From positions 1 to 64,000 of the forward strand of contig JBCCYL010000019.1 of assembly GCA_039189765.1 (NCBI GenBank): DNA of 64,000 nucleotides, written 5' to 3'. Position numbers and translations under genes: made by a program. Each line of letters starts with the position of its first letter. Position 1 is the stretch's first letter. The notes under the pieces were generated by a model that did no database searches, had not been told where the DNA came from, and saw nothing but the letters and a program-made list of their open reading frames with translations. This DNA comes from Cyanobacteria bacterium P01_F01_bin.150. Lineage in GTDB: Bacteria > Cyanobacteriota > Cyanobacteriia > CAKZMO01. Shown in pieces: positions 60,229 to 64,000 of the stretch.

Positions 60229-61482
60229 ATGACTGCACACAAAGAAATCATGCCTAACCTACGCCAACGTTCCATCAAGACTTTATGCCGCATTGGCGGT
60301 GCATTATTGGGAGCCACTATTCTAGCGACTGGTGTTGCGGGCTATCTTCAAGCATCAGACCATGATGATGGAGAAGTAGATCTGAAGGGACGTAATCTGA
60401 ACTTGACTGATTTGTATGTGTTTCGGGAAAAAGATCAAAATCCCCAAGCAAAGCAGGACGACTTAGTTTTAATTATGAATACTAATCCCCGTTCGGTTGC
60501 GCGCCAACAGTATTATTTCAGTCCAAACGCCCGGTATGAGTTTCACATTAGCCAAGTGGCTAACAAAAACAGTCCAGTAACAGGTAAAGCTGATGTCACA
60601 TTACGCTTTGAGTTTGATGCTCCTGATGCAAACCAAGAACAAACCGTAAAGATCACAAGTATTCGCGATGGTCGTAGTCATACCACCCGCACAAAAACGA
60701 CTGCGCTGTTAGACTCCACTCCAAATATCAACAATGTGTCCATTGGAGGCACACCCATGACAGTGTTTGCAGGCTTACGAGAAGATCCATTCTTCTTTGA
60801 TGTAGAGCAGTTTTTCCGAGTCCGAGCCGGAGCTTTGGGCACTGGACCTGCCGTAGGATTCCGGCCTGCGGATAAAGCGGTGGATTTTACCCGTGGCTAT
60901 AACGTCAACGCGATCGCCATTCGGGTTCCCATCGAGTTCCTTCAGGGCAATAGCTCCGCCACCACTTTTGATGTCTGGGAAACCATTTCGGTCAAAGGTG
61001 AGGATGGCCAATATCAACAGGTGGAACGCCTAGCCCGCCCTGCCATTAATGAGGGACTACTGACCAGTAATGATTTATTAAATACTCTAAATGCGATCGG
61101 GCCAGACTTCGAAGCTGCAGCCCTAGCAGGACAAAAAGCTGCGGCAGATGCAGCCCAACCGATTCTGGAAGAAGCAGGCCAAACCCTCAAAGCGTTAGGC
61201 AATGACGGTGAACGGACGATTGCATTGTTGCAGGCATTTTTGCCCGATGTTATGCGGATTGATACCACCCAACCCAGCGGCTATGGTAATGAGCTAAACG
61301 ACAAAAGCAGTCCAGTTCGAGGTCGCATGCTAAAAGATGATGTAGTGGACATTACATTGAGTGTGTTGACCAATGGTGCGGTGACTACAGACAACGTCTC
61401 CTACGACGGCACACCCGGTAATCCCTCCCAAGGTCACCAACCGTTGGAACCCACTTTTCCCTACTTGGCATTGCCTAATTAA
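60229..61482 (+). CDS. DUF4331-family secreted protein
   Basis: ASDHDDG, LTDLYVF, FAGLREDPFFFD, RLARPAINE, FPYLA. Confidence 0.88.
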   Translation: MTAHKEIMPNLRQRSIKTLCRIGGALLGATILATGVAGYLQASDHDDGEVDLKGRNLNLTDLYVFREKDQNPQAKQDDLVLIMNTNPRSVARQQYYFSPNARYEFHISQVANKNSPVTGKADVTLRFEFDAPDANQEQTVKITSIRDGRSHTTRTKTTALLDSTPNINNVSIGGTPMTVFAGLREDPFFFDVEQFFRVRAGALGTGPAVGFRPADKAVDFTRGYNVNAIAIRVPIEFLQGNSSATTFDVWETISVKGEDGQYQQVERLARPAINEGLLTSNDLLNTLNAIGPDFEAAALAGQKAAADAAQPILEEAGQTLKALGNDGERTIALLQAFLPDVMRIDTTQPSGYGNELNDKSSPVRGRMLKDDVVDITLSVLTNGAVTTDNVSYDGTPGNPSQGHQPLEPTFPYLALPN

Positions 61483-61594
61483 GCCGGCGTTATAGTCCGT
61501 TTGCCCTAGTGCCTAAACTCTGGCGGGGCACCGCCTGGGATGTTGATTCTGAGGTGCTCTAACAGAAATCCATTCCTACAGCTTTTGCGTCGGA

Positions 61595-61720
61595 ACCCAC
61601 CCCTAGCCCCTCCAAGGAGGGGGACCGGAACCCCTAGCCCCTCCAAGGAGGGGGACCGGAACGTAGCGGAAGTCTTCATACACGTCCAATTCCCCTCTCG
61701 GGAGGGGCTAGGGGTGGGTC
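61595..61720. repeat. Palindromic MITE/REP-like element with internal direct repeat
   Basis: ACCCACCCCTAGCCCCTCC... inverted against GGAGGGGCTAGGGGTGGGT; CCCCTAGCCCCTCCAAGGAGGGGACCGGAA duplicated. Confidence 0.7.
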
Positions 61721-61858
61721 AATCGAGACAAAGCAAGGACGAAAGACTGCGTGGCCTTCTGGAGTCAGAGTCTCTAGTTTGGGTTCCCAGTCTCCAGCTA
61801 GGAACCAGATGGAGAGCACTAAAAGGTCTGAATTGCCATTTATTTTCTTTCACCCATC

Positions 61859-63205
61859 ATGTTATTTTTTCAAAATCGCCCTTGGCAGAAGCGACTAGCA
61901 CTGCTGTCGCTCAGTGCTACATGCTTGGCGGCTGTGCTGGGGCATCGGCTGTGGTCGGCGCATTTAAGTTGGGCTATTCCCTACCCTTACACCCTGCATT
62001 CAAACGATCCTGAAACAGCTACCCAAACGCTCAATCAGGAAATTGCCTTCTATCGCGATCGCATCCAACAAAGTCCCTCTGACGGACTCGATCGCGCCGC
62101 CCTAGCCCAAACCTATCTCAAAATGGCAAGGGCCACTGGCCAGTCCACTTGGTACCTTTTGGCGGAACAATCTGCTCGTCAATCCCTCACCAATCTCTCC
62201 ACTAACAACCCAGGTGCCACAATGGCCCTAGCTCAAATTGCCGAAGCCAAACATGATTTTAATCAATCGATCGCGTTGGCTAAAGAGGTCCTTGCACTAT
62301 CCCCAAACCATGAAGAAGCCAAAGCACTGCTTGTGACGTCTTATCTTGCCATTGGAGAAACTGCAAAGGCTCATCAAATTGCTAATCAACTAGTGGAGCA
62401 ATTGCCCACGTTGGGGTCTTTTACGCTAAGGGCTTTGACCCATGATGCTCTTTGTTTAAAGGAAGACGCGATCGCCGATTTCCACCAAGCCCTGGCTCTA
62501 GAAGAACCCCAGGAAACAGGGAGTTCTGCCTGGGCTCGTACTCTGCTCGGGCGATTTTATGCAGAGCAAGGTGAATTGGCGCAGGCAAAGCAACTATATC
62601 AAGATGCGCTGAGGCTTGTGCCTCGTTATCCCCTGGCATTAATTAACTTAGCCAAACTTGAAACTCAGCAGGGGCACTATCGTAAGGCTCAGCAACGATA
62701 CAGTCGAGTGTTTACCTCTGAAGACTATCCTGCAGCCTTTGATCATGTTGCCACTCAAGGACTTGCCCGCATTAAATTGCTCCAGGGCGATCGTCAAGCT
62801 GCGGAAGAAAAATGGGCGATCGCAGAACAACAGTTTCGCACTCACCAAGATCTAGACTCCTTTGGTCATCGACAAGAATTAGCCCGTTTGCTGCTAACCC
62901 GTGGTCATCAGGAGGATCTTCCCGAAGCATTGGCCTTGATGGAGCAAGAGATAACCCTCCGTCGCGATCATAAAACACTCAGTCTTATGGCTTGGGTACT
63001 CTCTCGTCAAGGTCAGTGGGACAAGGCTCAATCAGTGATTAAAGAGGCGATCGCCCAGAAATCCTGTCATACTGAAACCTTGTATCGGGCCGCCGCCATT
63101 GAGGAGTCCCTTGGCAATACCGACCAAGCCGTTCGATATCAACAACAAGCTCAAGCGATTAACCCAGCGTTCGACGACCGTGCTCAACGCCTATCAGGCT
63201 TGTGA
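61859..63205 (+). CDS. Tetratricopeptide-repeat protein
   Basis: N-terminal hydrophobic anchor and multiple TPR-like helical repeats. Confidence 0.85.
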   Translation: MLFFQNRPWQKRLALLSLSATCLAAVLGHRLWSAHLSWAIPYPYTLHSNDPETATQTLNQEIAFYRDRIQQSPSDGLDRAALAQTYLKMARATGQSTWYLLAEQSARQSLTNLSTNNPGATMALAQIAEAKHDFNQSIALAKEVLALSPNHEEAKALLVTSYLAIGETAKAHQIANQLVEQLPTLGSFTLRALTHDALCLKEDAIADFHQALALEEPQETGSSAWARTLLGRFYAEQGELAQAKQLYQDALRLVPRYPLALINLAKLETQQGHYRKAQQRYSRVFTSEDYPAAFDHVATQGLARIKLLQGDRQAAEEKWAIAEQQFRTHQDLDSFGHRQELARLLLTRGHQEDLPEALALMEQEITLRRDHKTLSLMAWVLSRQGQWDKAQSVIKEAIAQKSCHTETLYRAAAIEESLGNTDQAVRYQQQAQAINPAFDDRAQRLSGL

Positions 63206-63239
63206 ATTCAATATTGTTGACAACATCCAAATTTAGCCC

Positions 63240-63495
63240 CTACCTCGTTCCCAGAGCGGTAGGGTGCTGTGGAGCAAAGCGAAACCACCTCCCATGACAT
63301 AGACCATTGCCTGTAAGAGGTGCGTTATCACGTACCCTACACCGAATACTGCGAGGCAAGCTCGTATTCCCTCATTCCCAGTGTTTCCTCATTCCCAGTG
63401 TCACGCTGGAAATGCCCACTTGAGACTCTGGCTCAAGTAGGGCAGCGGAGCCAGAGTCTCCTCAAAAGGCACCCAGCCGGAGTCTGGGCACCAGC
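63240..63495. repeat. Cluster of REP/MITE-like palindromes
   Basis: GTAGGGTGC...GTACCCTAC; GAGACTCTGGCTC / GAGCCAGAGTCTC; CTCATTCCCAGTGT duplicated. Confidence 0.55.
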
Positions 63496-63538
63496 GGCTC
63501 CATCCTCAAGTACATTCTCACTCTATCCCCAATACTTT

Positions 63539-64000
63539 ATGTCCCATCTATTCGTCACCCACCGTCTTAGAGGCAAACGTTGGCAATATCTGCGTCTTAG
63601 TTTAATCGCTATTTTTTTAAGCTTGGTGTTAACTAGTTTTGGCGCGATCGCCAGCCATGCTCACTGGGCAGACCTGGCCACGATTGAAATTGATGTCCAG
63701 TCCTTACACGTAGACGCAACCATTACCCTACCCACCCAATGGGTATCCTTCGCAGATCAAAATCAAGACCAGCGATTATCTCCGGCTGAAATTCAAAACT
63801 CCCGTAATGCGTTAGAAACCTTTTTAAGCGATCGCCTCCCCTTCACCAATCGCCAGCAACCCGCAGACTCGATCGAGCTGATCATCCCTGAAAGTCTTTT
63901 GAACGATAATGCCGAAACGTCCCGTCCTGCCCTTCCGAATTCGACATCTTCCGCTGCACCAAGCAATACCCATAGTTCTTTAAACTTGCGATATCAGTGG
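63539..64000 (+). CDS. Partial secreted/membrane protein, possibly HupE/UreJ or nickel-transporter-associated; runs off window
   Basis: ATG 63539; hand translation MSHLFVTHRLRGKRWQYLRLSLIAIFLSLVLTSFGAIASHAHWADLA...; EF-hand-like DQNQDQRLS; follows DUF4331-TPR. Confidence 0.55.
   Translation, partial: MSHLFVTHRLRGKRWQYLRLSLIAIFLSLVLTSFGAIASHAHWADLATIEIDVQSLHVDATITLPTQWVSFADQNQDQRLSPAEIQNSRNALETFLSDRLPFTNRQQPADSIELIIPESLLNDNAETSRPALPNSTSSAAPSNTHSSLNLRYQW

Noticed and set aside
61540..62013. 157-aa ORF
   Set aside because: Reads through a palindromic repeat element and overlaps the TPR gene out of frame

Overview
Cyanobacterial chromosomal DNA. HIP1 sites (GCGATCGC) are abundant, and hetR plus an hpsA-D-like locus suggest a filamentous strain. 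The first ~12.9 kb is a repeat-rich island carrying a cyanobactin (RiPP) cluster: PatG-type oxidase/macrocyclase, PatD/TruD-type heterocyclase and three single-core precursor genes. One precursor (10961-11137) is absent from the ORF track. The precursors sit in duplicated cassettes with a conserved HIP1-bounded hairpin module and completely different Cys-terminated cores. The island is interrupted by an ISL3 element, a truncated RAYT transposase, a four-helix-bundle gene and an antisense toxin-antitoxin cassette. No patA/B/C/F is visible in the window. At 19-23 kb a divergent hetR is preceded by a small ORF ending in RGSGR (PatX/PatS-like). Upstream lies a 1.8-kb AT-rich divergent control region with several HetR-box-like palindromes, shared with two secreted-protein genes, one GH108 lysozyme-like. 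The remainder is mostly housekeeping and envelope genes: pheS, surE, ribF, miaA, rpsU, ddl, an RTX adhesin, a lexA-like gene, minor pilins/HpsA, a Hint-domain protein, an acyl-activating enzyme and an ECF sigma/anti-sigma/DUF4331 cluster. All family assignments come from motif recognition by eye, not database searches.
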